This document shows positions 19,881 to 29,549 of a stretch of 64,000 bases of DNA, in pieces. The translations under genes were made by a program, and so were the position numbers. The stretch's first letter is position 1. Every line of letters starts with the position of its first letter. The notes beneath the pieces were generated by a model. It did no database searches, had not been told where the DNA came from, and saw only the letters and a program-made list of their open reading frames with translations. This stretch comes from a virus (taxonomy: Duplodnaviria > Caudoviricetes): positions 1,035 to 65,034 of IMG/VR virus record IMGVR_UViG_3300027983_001732. One strand, written 5' to 3'.

Positions 19881-21386
19881 TTAGTCTTCTTTTTCGTCAA
19901 CCGCTGGAAGGATTTCATCATCTTCTGGTGCAAACGGCTTAATGATGTGATCCATTTTTACATCATCAACTACACTTTCTTTATGAGAGTTAAGCAGTTG
20001 CATATATGTGGATTGATGTATTTCTGTAATTTTTAGATTTTGTTTATTGAAGCCAAGATAAATTTGGAAGCGACTCAAACCATCACGTTGCTTAATTACA
20101 TACATCCTTCCAATTCCAAGCAATTTTTCTCCATCATTCTGCATTATAGAAAAACATCCATCCAATGGTCGTATCTGACCAAATGAATCAGCCAAATGTT
20201 CATCATCAAGACGACCGCCCTGATTTTTCTGAACTTCTTTCGATCCACGATTAGGCTGCATAGCAGTTGCTACAAAGACATTTTCTTCTGTAGCCAAAGC
20301 ACGCAAATCACGAACAGTTTTTTCACGACTCTCGTAAGTCTTCATTCCGGGCATGTCGGCCATTTCGCCAACATAGTCCACAATCACAAAATCTGGATCA
20401 AATCCATGAAACCTGAGTTGTGAAATATAGGCTCTAACAGTGTTTACTGTAGCTGTGCCAGCCGGAAACTGCTTGATTACCAATGGCATTTTAGATTCAT
20501 AATCTACGCCTTCAATCTTTGCCAATTCTTCAAATATGGACTCACGATGCCCATATAAGTTTTGCACTGGAAAACCAGTAAGAATGGAATCCATGCGGTC
20601 TGCCACTTTAACTTCTGCAAGTTCCAAAGAAATGTACACGCCCTTTTTGCCACGCATTAAATTTGTAGCTGAAAGACACGCCAACATTACTGATTTTCCA
20701 ACCCCTGAACCAGCAACAAATGAGATGATTTCACCTCTGCCATAACCGCCACCATTGATTGATTTGTCAATGGATTCCAGCCCAGTTATAAACCGTTCTT
20801 TATCTTCTTCATCTGTAACCATATCAGCATATCTCTGCTGAATTGTCTTGAAATAATCAAGACCTACTTCAAAATTCTGATGCGTTGTCATCGCTGTACG
20901 CATCATTTCATATATTTTTGTCCAAGTTTCTTCCGATTCAGGACTCTTGTCAATTTCTTTCAGCGAATTAGTAAATGCTTGTTTTACTGATTGAATCTTT
21001 GCAAAGTATGTGATTTTGTCTTGCAAGTATTCACGAGCATCCAATCCCGGCTGAAAATAATCATAAAGAGTATTAATTTCACCAATGTAATAAGATAAAG
21101 CTTTATTGTCCTTAAGACTGCTTTTTATTTCTTGGACAATGAAATCTTTGCCCGGAAGTATTCGGTATTTCTTAAAGAAATTAAATGCTAAAAATGCGGC
21201 TTTTTGATGTGCTTTGTTTGTGAAATACGCTGGCTTTATAAGGTCTAAAGATTGCAACAGAAATTGTCTGTCACAAAGAACAAGAGCGATAATGTGTCTC
21301 TGAAACTCCTCATCCCAACTGTACTTAACATCAGTTCCGTCTTCGTCTGGATCAGATAATGTTGGATCGTCAAAAATATCACTCAT
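19881..21386 (-). CDS. Replicative DnaB/gp41-like helicase
   Basis: AGSGVGKS, ISLEL, IVDY, TAMQPNR, LADSFG, IKQRDG. Confidence 0.9.
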   Translation of the reverse strand: MSDIFDDPTLSDPDEDGTDVKYSWDEEFQRHIIALVLCDRQFLLQSLDLIKPAYFTNKAHQKAAFLAFNFFKKYRILPGKDFIVQEIKSSLKDNKALSYYIGEINTLYDYFQPGLDAREYLQDKITYFAKIQSVKQAFTNSLKEIDKSPESEETWTKIYEMMRTAMTTHQNFEVGLDYFKTIQQRYADMVTDEEDKERFITGLESIDKSINGGGYGRGEIISFVAGSGVGKSVMLACLSATNLMRGKKGVYISLELAEVKVADRMDSILTGFPVQNLYGHRESIFEELAKIEGVDYESKMPLVIKQFPAGTATVNTVRAYISQLRFHGFDPDFVIVDYVGEMADMPGMKTYESREKTVRDLRALATEENVFVATAMQPNRGSKEVQKNQGGRLDDEHLADSFGQIRPLDGCFSIMQNDGEKLLGIGRMYVIKQRDGLSRFQIYLGFNKQNLKITEIHQSTYMQLLNSHKESVVDDVKMDHIIKPFAPEDDEILPAVDEKED

Positions 21387-21486
21387 TTATACCTCTTCTT
21401 TAACTAGGCTTGTTAGCCGAGATATTACAGAAAAGTCTGAATTTCGTCTAGTCAGCTTGAATAAGAAATCTGAACTGTGCAGGCAA

Positions 21487-23355
21487 GTGCCTTGATTCTA
21501 TCCTATTGAATAGCATCAGCACAAGAAAAATCGGTCTTTTAGTGCCTTGATTCTATCCTATTGAATAGCATCAGCACTTGTTCTTTTTGTGGCTCTTCTG
21601 CCAACGTACTTTGCGTGCCTTGATTCTATCCTATTGAATAGCATCAGCACAGTAAGTCTGATTCGTGCCTTGATTCTATCCTATTGAATAGCATCAGCAC
21701 TTTTGACACTTGATGACTTACTGGTCTCTTGCTGGTGCCTTAATTCTATCCTATTGAATAGCATCAGCACGAGGATCAAAGACCTTTGTGAGATCAAAGG
21801 TTTCAAGTGCCTTGATTCTATCCTAGCAATTTGACCGCTGTCGTCGGTTGCTTTGTGCCTTGATTCTATCCTATTGAATAGCATCAGCACCAAACCCTTT
21901 TTTGACATCACTAACTGGTGCCTTGATTCTATCCTATTGAATAGCATCAGCACACCCGAGTCTTCAGTGGACACGTGCCTTGATTCTATCCTATTGAATA
22001 GCATCAGCACCGAGGGGCAATTTTTCACCGTTTGTCGGCAATCAAAGTGCCTTAATTCTATCCTATTGAATAGCATCAGCACCTGATTTCAAGATTCGAA
22101 TCTTGTCCAGTGAGTAACGTGCCTTGATTCTATCCTATTGAATAGCATCAGCACATGAATTTAACTGTTCTTGTCGTGTCATTGTGTCTAGTGCCTTGAT
22201 TCTATCCTATTGAATAGCATCAGCACAAAATAGAAGTGAGTTCCCCGACCTGTAGTGACTTCCGTGCCTTGATTATATCCCATTGAATAGCATCAGCACT
22301 TGTGAGGGAAGAAGACTCAAATCTTATCTGACAAGTGCCTTGATTCTATCCTATTGAATAGCATCAGCACTGTTACTAACCGACACTCAACAAGCGGAGT
22401 CAAATGTGCCTTGATTCTATCCTATTGAATAGCATCAGCACCTCATTGCCGCCGTCAGGGTGATAGGTGCCTTGATTCTATCCTATTGAATAGCATCAGC
22501 ACTGGTGTGTGTATTCCAGAAGAGAGAGGTTGAGAGGAGTGCCTTGATTCTATCCTATTGAATAGCATCAGCACCGTTGGTTCTATTTGTGTTTTTGACC
22601 AACTCAAGAGTGCCTTGATTCTATCCTATTGAATAGCATCAGCACGTGATCAATTGCTCAAAGTAGGCAGTTGGCTGTGAGTGCCTTGATTCTATCCTAT
22701 TGAATAGCATCAGCACTTTAGTGTCTGACCTTTCCAGTGTGTATATCTGCTGTGCCTTGATTCTATCCTATTGAATAGCATCAGCACACAATTCCGTTTC
22801 CGCACATCCACGCAAACCTGTTGGTGCCTTGATTCTATCCTATTGAATAGCATCAGCACGCTTGTCGCTCAAGTTCTCTGATCTCATCAGGATAGTGCCT
22901 TGATTCTATCCTATTGAATAGCATCAGCACGTGTATCCACCTGCTGATAAATCTCCAGTTTCTAGTGCCTTGATTCTATCCTATTGAATAGCATCAGCAC
23001 TTTTTCTGCTGGTGCGTCCGAAATTAACCCCCCAGTGCCTTGATTCTATCCTATTGAATAGCATCAGCACGTATACCCCCCAAAACTCAAAGCGTATGTC
23101 CTTTGTGCCTTGATTCTATCCTATTGAATAGCATCAGCACTGCTGGTCACACAGACAGCAGCAGTTAAGTTTGTGAGTGCCTTGATTCTATCCTATTGAA
23201 TAGCATCAGCACATCTTGACGATCGTTTTCTTTACGAGACGCTTGCTGTGCCTTGATTCTATCCTATTGAATAGCATCAGCACCTCTAAGACAGCAAAAC
23301 TTATCTTTCCTTCAGAGCCGTGCCTTGATTCTATCCTATTGAATAGCATCAGCAC
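21487..23355 (-). CRISPR. CRISPR array: 28 repeats (one truncated), 27 spacers; sense repeat GTGCTGATGCTATTCAATAGGATAGAATCAAGGCAC
   Basis: 36-nt repeats counted by hand; most spacers 34-37 nt; shortened spacers mostly at the cas-distal end; starts 65 nt after the cas12h stop. Confidence 0.98.
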
Positions 23356-23420
23356 TGCTGTCTTCGTAAGTCCAATCAGCCAAACAACATAAACATTCAA
23401 AAATCATGCACGTGGCACAA

Positions 23421-26186
23421 CTAAGCCGTATGATCTTTCAAAATCGTTTTAAAGTCAACGTCTTTTGTCGTAAGTGCTTTAGCACCAACATCTTTTGAAG
23501 AATCATGCACCTCTGGTAAGGCAAAATTGTTGTATCTTCCATCTGGATCACATGTTACGTCAAATTCTTGGCAATTCGGCTTCTCCACGGCTAATTGCTT
23601 GATTTTGTTTACCATCTCGTTGTGCAGTTCGCAAGTAACAATACAAGAGGAATGTGCATAAACAAACTGGTTAATCAATCGAGTTTGAGTGCTATCAATT
23701 TTTTTTGCAAATGTAACTCGACCTCTATCATCCGAAACAAATTTAGGGACAGAAGAACCGTACTTCAAATTGAAAAATCTCTTAATACGCTTGCCAATGG
23801 CTTCTTCAGGTTTCTTAATCGCATTGATGCTATCCTGAGTGGAATTCGGCTTATTTTCATATTCCTTGACATAGAATTTGTATGGACAAACAGAATGGTT
23901 TAAACCTTGAATCAAAATATTCATCGTGGCAGCCAGATCTGAATCAATCCAACCCAATTGTTTGTCTCTGACAACATACAACCTAGATTTGTTTTTGTCA
24001 TCACGCCATCCGGGATTGGAAGTAACAGGATCGCTTTGTGAAGTGCCATTCTTGGCGACTTTTACAAAACCAACTCCAATTTTTTCAAGAGCTTCTATAA
24101 TGTATTTTAATAATGTCGCCGCCGAAAACAAACGCAACAAAGCATTGTTGTTTTTGTCTGAATCAAATATGAAATCAAGATCTTCTCCAAACACAACATT
24201 ACAATCTTTCATTTCATTGGCAATCTTTGACGCAAGTTGTCTCAAAACAAAATTTCTGAAATTTGCTCTGCTTTTATCAAACTTTGCGACTTTTACCAGT
24301 TTTTCTCCCGATTTCAAATGAATTCTATTATAAGATTCAGCCATTGAAGCACACTGATCCATAGCCTCAATCAAACGAATATTATCTGCACAATCACGAT
24401 ATCCTCCAGAACGCATCTCAAACTTAATTTTTCTCAAGCGAGAATTGATTTTTTTAACCCATGACTGAATTAAATATCGAGTTGAAGAAGATTTTGTGTC
24501 TCCACATAAAATCAAAAAATCACGAGTGTCTTCACCCACATGTTCTTTAACTGCGTTAGAAACTTTAAATTCTCTGATTGCTCCAATAACACGTCTGGCA
24601 TCGTCTCTGATTTCTATCAAATTTTTGATTCTTGGACCATTTGCCACCAACATGAATGGTTTTTTAATGAGATTCCCTGAACCATAATCTAAAGCGTTTA
24701 ACTGTCCGCTTTTGTCGTCACGATAAACAACTGCTTTAACGGCAGCGACAGGATTTGACACATTCAGATCAATAGCTCCGACGACTATTTTGTCAGGAAG
24801 ATTCTCTACATTTTCTTTCTTTGGACAAGCCGACATAAAAAATTCTGCAATTTTGAAGTTTTTCTCGTCGTGATGAATCGAATAAGGGAGTGATACAAAA
24901 AACCCAGAATCTGTATTACGCAAACCAATCTCTTTAAGAACCCCAGAAATTTTATCTCCTGTATGAGATGCTGCTTTTACGGCCTTCTTGCCTTTACTTA
25001 TCGACTTATGACAGAAATTCAAAGAATAACCAGTACGACCATTTTTATTCCTAATTTCATCAAAAACAATACCGCTGAAATAACAAGATGCAGCACACCT
25101 TATGACTCCGACACCGACGATTTCAATAAGCACATCGCCAGAATCTTCAACTGACACAGTGAAGTTTCCTAGAGATCCCTGCCCTACAGGAACTTTATAG
25201 TCATTTCTATTTGGATCGAAACAAGGATACAATTTTCTTTTTTCTAACTGTTTCTTTGTCCTCCAGCAAGAATAAGCTGACATAATTTCTGAATATGATG
25301 ATTCAATCAGAATCCTGTATTTATTCTTCTTAAGTTCTTTAACAGCAAGTCTGATATCTGTTTTTTCTCCAGTTCCTTTTTTTACATGATCTATGCCTTT
25401 TGTCAAAACATACTTTGTGAGACCTGAATTTTTCGATTCTAATTCTGCTGCAAAACAACAAATAGAATCATAAACAGGCCCTTGTTTATCATTCATCGAC
25501 AGTTTAATCTTTTCTGTTTCCAACAAATGGTTGTTGTACTTCTCGAAAATGGACCTCAAATCCCTGCCAACCATCTCTATGAGAATGCGACAATAATTAC
25601 AATCTCTTGAACGAATGCAAGACAATCCAAATGCCAATCTGAGATCCACTCCTAGCGATCTTTCAATTGATGCCAATCTGGGAGACACTTCCGCCCAAAT
25701 TTCAGGCAGTGGTAAATTTTTAACTCCATATTCCAACCATTCTTCAATGCAAATTTGAGAAAGTTGTTCATCGGTCTTGAAGTATTCTTTAATCTTGTTT
25801 TCATCGAGCAAAGGCAAGGCTGACAAAAAATCATTCTTTTTTTGTGTTAATTTAGCCTTCCCCAGAGACTTGTAATTTCTATAGAAAACATTGTAACAAG
25901 AAGAAGCATTTTCACCTCCTTTAAGAAGAAGTTCAATAAAACTAACTGCCAACTGTTCTTTTTTGGCGTCACCGATTGTTAATGATCTCAATCTTTCGGA
26001 TTCTTCTTTAGATGTGTAAAACACTTCATCTTCGGCATTTGTGCCATAGCCAATTGCCATCCACCCAAAAAATAAATTCAAAAAAGAACGGTAGTCCGAC
26101 TGTAAATCTGCATACCACTGCATGACTTCTTCAGCAGTATTCTTTGCCTTAAGGTTTCCGGTTCGAATAAAAGATCTTGTAGCCAT
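23421..26186 (-). CDS. cas12h: Type V CRISPR effector, Cas12h-like (subtype V-H), about 921 aa
   Basis: RuvC motifs GAIDLN, VFGEDL, IDSDLAA; segments WYADLQ, LKGGxxxSSCY, ALDYGxG, GLNHSVCPY resemble Cas12h1 as recalled from memory; adjacent array with GTGCTG...GCAC repeat; start at MATRS after an AAAGGGA RBS. Confidence 0.85.
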   Translation of the reverse strand: MATRSFIRTGNLKAKNTAEEVMQWYADLQSDYRSFLNLFFGWMAIGYGTNAEDEVFYTSKEESERLRSLTIGDAKKEQLAVSFIELLLKGGENASSCYNVFYRNYKSLGKAKLTQKKNDFLSALPLLDENKIKEYFKTDEQLSQICIEEWLEYGVKNLPLPEIWAEVSPRLASIERSLGVDLRLAFGLSCIRSRDCNYCRILIEMVGRDLRSIFEKYNNHLLETEKIKLSMNDKQGPVYDSICCFAAELESKNSGLTKYVLTKGIDHVKKGTGEKTDIRLAVKELKKNKYRILIESSYSEIMSAYSCWRTKKQLEKRKLYPCFDPNRNDYKVPVGQGSLGNFTVSVEDSGDVLIEIVGVGVIRCAASCYFSGIVFDEIRNKNGRTGYSLNFCHKSISKGKKAVKAASHTGDKISGVLKEIGLRNTDSGFFVSLPYSIHHDEKNFKIAEFFMSACPKKENVENLPDKIVVGAIDLNVSNPVAAVKAVVYRDDKSGQLNALDYGSGNLIKKPFMLVANGPRIKNLIEIRDDARRVIGAIREFKVSNAVKEHVGEDTRDFLILCGDTKSSSTRYLIQSWVKKINSRLRKIKFEMRSGGYRDCADNIRLIEAMDQCASMAESYNRIHLKSGEKLVKVAKFDKSRANFRNFVLRQLASKIANEMKDCNVVFGEDLDFIFDSDKNNNALLRLFSAATLLKYIIEALEKIGVGFVKVAKNGTSQSDPVTSNPGWRDDKNKSRLYVVRDKQLGWIDSDLAATMNILIQGLNHSVCPYKFYVKEYENKPNSTQDSINAIKKPEEAIGKRIKRFFNLKYGSSVPKFVSDDRGRVTFAKKIDSTQTRLINQFVYAHSSCIVTCELHNEMVNKIKQLAVEKPNCQEFDVTCDPDGRYNNFALPEVHDSSKDVGAKALTTKDVDFKTILKDHTA

Positions 26187-26224
26187 TGATGTCCCTTTGA
26201 GTTGTTGATTGTAATCAAACAATC

Positions 26225-27505
26225 TTAAAGAACACAATCAATGTTGTCAACTCGAATCACATCAGAATTATCCTGTGTTAACTGAGCAAGGATTTCTGCA
26301 TATTTTAACCCAACATTTTGCCATGAGTTTTCTGTAACAAAGTTTTTTGATTTCTGTAACAATGAGTTCCTGTAATCTCCAGATGTGAATACTTTAGCGA
26401 TCTCATCAGCTAATTCTTCTGGATTGCTTGGTCGTGGAACAACTCCATCGAGATCATCAAACAAATGACAGTCACTAGCGATCACGGGAATGCCATTTGA
26501 CATCGCCTTGCGAATCGCACCAGATGCCCCATAAACCGTATTCTTCGGATCGTTCTTGTATGGGAAGACCGCCAACTTAGCAGTCCTCAAGAAGTTCTGC
26601 ATGTGCTGCTCAGACAAATAGCCACGCAACACAACTACGTTATCTTGTAACCCTTTCTTTTCAACTAGATCTCTAATCTCATTGTAATATCGAGCCTGAA
26701 TTGAACGTGTGTGATTGCTCTCGCTGCACAAGAAACAATAAAATATATCCTTAAACTCTTCTGATCTGTTCTTCAATATACTTACAGCCTCTATTGCACA
26801 ATCAAGACCTTTATAATCAAAACCAAACCCAAATTGAATAATCGTGCGTTCGTTTTGAAATATATTCCACAATTGCTGTGTGTTTTCATATAAGTTGCAA
26901 CCATGCGGCAAAACAAAAACTTCATTACGATGACCCAGCCTCTCCAAACATATTTTTCCATTTGGATTATGAGTAATGATGTTTTTGATATAAGAAGTGC
27001 AAATTGTTTTATCAAGATGCTCATAAACCGAATGCAAAGTAATCACATAAGGAATGTTATTAAACATTTCAAGTAATTTAAGGAAATGAGTGGCTTTTGG
27101 AAAAATTCCAAATTCATGTTGGATGAATATTATGTCTGGACCATAATCAATGATCTGTTGAGCTAAATCAATGCAACTCTGCCCACGTTTCCAACAGCGT
27201 TCAACATCATCATGAGCACCTTCCATAGTTTCTGCAAATATCTTGACTTCTTTGACATGTTTGCGAAGTTCTGGAATTAGTTGCTCGCTATAAGTTGCGA
27301 TTCCACATTGATCGCCCCAATTACAGATCCCGGCAACCTTCAGTTTACTCAACGGCTTTGCATTTCCTACAACAACCTTCTTTCCGACCAGAGACTTGTT
27401 TTCTTCCAAGCCCGGCACATAAATGGTTTTGTTGCCGCCGATACGAATGGCTTTATCTTTAGAAACCGCCTGTATCATTCCTGCTTGATTGATCGAAACG
27501 TACAT
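26225..27505 (-). CDS. GT4-like glycosyltransferase
   Basis: CGIATYS, IQHEFGIF, FGFGFDYKG, SGAIRKAMSNGIPVIAS. Confidence 0.85.
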   Translation of the reverse strand: MYVSINQAGMIQAVSKDKAIRIGGNKTIYVPGLEENKSLVGKKVVVGNAKPLSKLKVAGICNWGDQCGIATYSEQLIPELRKHVKEVKIFAETMEGAHDDVERCWKRGQSCIDLAQQIIDYGPDIIFIQHEFGIFPKATHFLKLLEMFNNIPYVITLHSVYEHLDKTICTSYIKNIITHNPNGKICLERLGHRNEVFVLPHGCNLYENTQQLWNIFQNERTIIQFGFGFDYKGLDCAIEAVSILKNRSEEFKDIFYCFLCSESNHTRSIQARYYNEIRDLVEKKGLQDNVVVLRGYLSEQHMQNFLRTAKLAVFPYKNDPKNTVYGASGAIRKAMSNGIPVIASDCHLFDDLDGVVPRPSNPEELADEIAKVFTSGDYRNSLLQKSKNFVTENSWQNVGLKYAEILAQLTQDNSDVIRVDNIDCVL

Positions 27506-28466
27506 ATTTTAGGCTTTCCCGCAATAACTTTTCTTGTGATTTTTTAGCTTGTATTAATTCTGGTTTTTTATCTGAAATCATTTCATTCACAAGAACTTTC
27601 AATTGAGAAGAGCCAAAACTCCAATAAGAAAGACCGAAATTTTCCAAGCCACAAGTATTTAGGAATGATTCATTTTTATCATGATGCAATAAATCAATAA
27701 AAGGTGTGTCGGATAAAATACTAAAAATTGTTGAGTGCAAACGAGTGCTAATTACAACATCACAAGCTGCAATGACATCAAGGGTCTGTTGGACAGACAA
27801 TCTTTCGTAAATTGAAAGGTTTTTCTTCCAAAACTTGCAACGACTTGAAATTAACCCGTTTGTTACCCTGTCGTCATAAGGAGCACCGGTAGACATGGGA
27901 AAAAATACAAAACTAGCTGGAGTCGAATCAGCTACCGCAGCAATATCTTGAGCAGCTTTATTCAATGTAAGAAAATCTCTGGCAAGCTGTGCGTCCTTAG
28001 CTTGCCCTAAATGCCCGTTAAGAACAACTCCTACGACTTTTGAATAAAGATCGATCTTGTTCTCTGAAAACATCGTCTGCAACAAATCTTTTCCTGCGGA
28101 TGGGTTTGGTTGAAGGCAAAAAGCCGAATCAGCCCCCAAATAACAAGGAACGTCATTATCTCTTAAAAGCTGATATGAGGATTTATCACGAACAACAATG
28201 CCGTCAAATTCTTTAAGAAGTGAGAATGGTGAGTGATTATTTGCAGATGCGGAAAAGACATATCTCTTTTCAACCTTAGCATCAAGTGCAATGCGAACAT
28301 AACTCTCAGATAAAATGTTTCCGCCGCCGAGAATACAAACATCAGCGGTCCCAGTATCATTGAACACAAAATCGTATTCAGGAAACAGCATTGGAAATGT
28401 AAGTTTGTAGCTTTCATCGCCAATATTGAATTTTCCATAAAAGCCAACTACCATTACTTTTTTCAT
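27459..28466 (-). CDS. Polysaccharide pyruvyl transferase family protein
   Basis: GFYGKFNIGD, LGGGNIL, VRDKSS, STRLHSTI. Confidence 0.85.
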   Translation of the reverse strand: MKKVMVVGFYGKFNIGDESYKLTFPMLFPEYDFVFNDTGTADVCILGGGNILSESYVRIALDAKVEKRYVFSASANNHSPFSLLKEFDGIVVRDKSSYQLLRDNDVPCYLGADSAFCLQPNPSAGKDLLQTMFSENKIDLYSKVVGVVLNGHLGQAKDAQLARDFLTLNKAAQDIAAVADSTPASFVFFPMSTGAPYDDRVTNGLISSRCKFWKKNLSIYERLSVQQTLDVIAACDVVISTRLHSTIFSILSDTPFIDLLHHDKNESFLNTCGLENFGLSYWSFGSSQLKVLVNEMISDKKPELIQAKKSQEKLLRESLKYVRFDQSSRNDTGGF

Positions 28467-28484
28467 GAAAACTCCGACGATTAA

Positions 28485-28775
28485 TCAAACAAACTCGGCG
28501 ATCCATTTCACATACGTACTTTCTGAGGTAATATTGGCAATCACGACAAAACCTTCTGGTGTGTTGTGTGTACTAATCATATTAACTTGACCAAGACAGC
28601 ACTGTATTCCCTCATGATTGTCTAGGTTTAACCATACATTACGTGGCTGTTGTGTTGTTGGAACAAACACCTCACTCCATCCATGACTAAGTTCCAAAGA
28701 TCCTTTTTCGTGCGGATAGTCTCGATATGGAACCATAACACGCACAATTTCAACCGGTCTTCTAATTCCGCCCAT
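28485..28775 (-). CDS. Hypothetical protein
   Basis: ATG at 28775 after a GGGGGA RBS; the ORF-track extension upstream is the family B repeat. Confidence 0.55.
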   Translation of the reverse strand: MGGIRRPVEIVRVMVPYRDYPHEKGSLELSHGWSEVFVPTTQQPRNVWLNLDNHEGIQCCLGQVNMISTHNTPEGFVVIANITSESTYVKWIAEFV

Positions 28776-28787
28776 CAGTCCCCCTAT

Positions 28788-28881
28788 GTGCCATAAAAGC
28801 CGGGAATGCCCAGCGATCTGCACTGTTTGTTATAGTTTAAAATTACTAAAAAAATAGTAATAAATGCCCAGCGATCTGCAC
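28788..28881 (-). repeat. Family B unit: full 36-nt copy (28788-28823) plus 5' half copy (28863-28881), 39 nt apart
   Basis: GTGCAGATCGCTGGGCATTCCCGGCTTTTATGGCAC; the first 19 nt are repeated exactly upstream. Confidence 0.8.
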
Positions 28882-28936
28882 TATTTTCTGCAATATACAA
28901 TCGAAATAATTCTTCTTGTTTTATATAAACATAGCA

Positions 28937-29512
28937 TTATATAGCATTATTGGCTAAATAATCATAGTCCGAAAGCGAAACCAATCCAGTTCTCCAAGAC
29001 TTTTCTCTCGTGATTTTTTTGCCTAGAGACTTTTGGGCATTCCAAATGATTTGTTTGCAATAAGTTGTAAATTTTAGATCCAAATTGAGGACTTTATCTC
29101 GCTTTGGTCGCTCTTTCTCTGGAACGTACTTATTAACTAATTGATCAAGAATGATTTGCTGATGCAGACCAAATTTCTGACGATTAGCTCCATGACGACG
29201 ACGATTTTCCCACAAAATTGTCAGCTCGATAAAAACTTTCATAATGAACTTATCTTTGATGTATTTGTTAAGAACATCAAAACAGCTTTCGATATATGTC
29301 TGCCTTTTGTAATAGCTGCCCGCCCTGACTAAGGCAATTCTTAGCTCTTGAACATCGTCATCTGGGTCATTGACATTGGCGTTATTGGCATTTTTTCTTT
29401 TGAGTTCCCATGCTGCATAATGCGCCAATTTTCCGAACTTTTTATCCAAAACCTCATATTCCGAATCTGTAATCGGAAATAAATTCATAATATTTTCAAG
29501 CGTTCCTAACAT
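28937..29512 (-). CDS. Sigma-factor-like protein (possible late sigma, gp55-like)
   Basis: Region-2-like DDDVQELRIALVRA and KFTTYCKQIIWN; no region 4 evident. Confidence 0.5.
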   Translation of the reverse strand: MLGTLENIMNLFPITDSEYEVLDKKFGKLAHYAAWELKRKNANNANVNDPDDDVQELRIALVRAGSYYKRQTYIESCFDVLNKYIKDKFIMKVFIELTILWENRRRHGANRQKFGLHQQIILDQLVNKYVPEKERPKRDKVLNLDLKFTTYCKQIIWNAQKSLGKKITREKSWRTGLVSLSDYDYLANNAI

Positions 29513-29549
29513 GTGCCTCCTTTAATTTGACCACTTTTTTCGAAAATTC

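Noticed and set aside
21523-23319. Self-targeting spacers within the window
   Set aside because: None noticed by eye, but the search was not exhaustive; needs an alignment to exclude.
21681-23400. ORFs 21681-22082, 21853-22086 and 23206-23400
   Set aside because: They are translations of CRISPR repeats and spacers (VLMLFNRIESRH), not genes.
23356-23420. Possible degenerate repeat or tracrRNA between cas12h and the array
   Set aside because: Only short GCAC-containing matches; no convincing repeat or anti-repeat.
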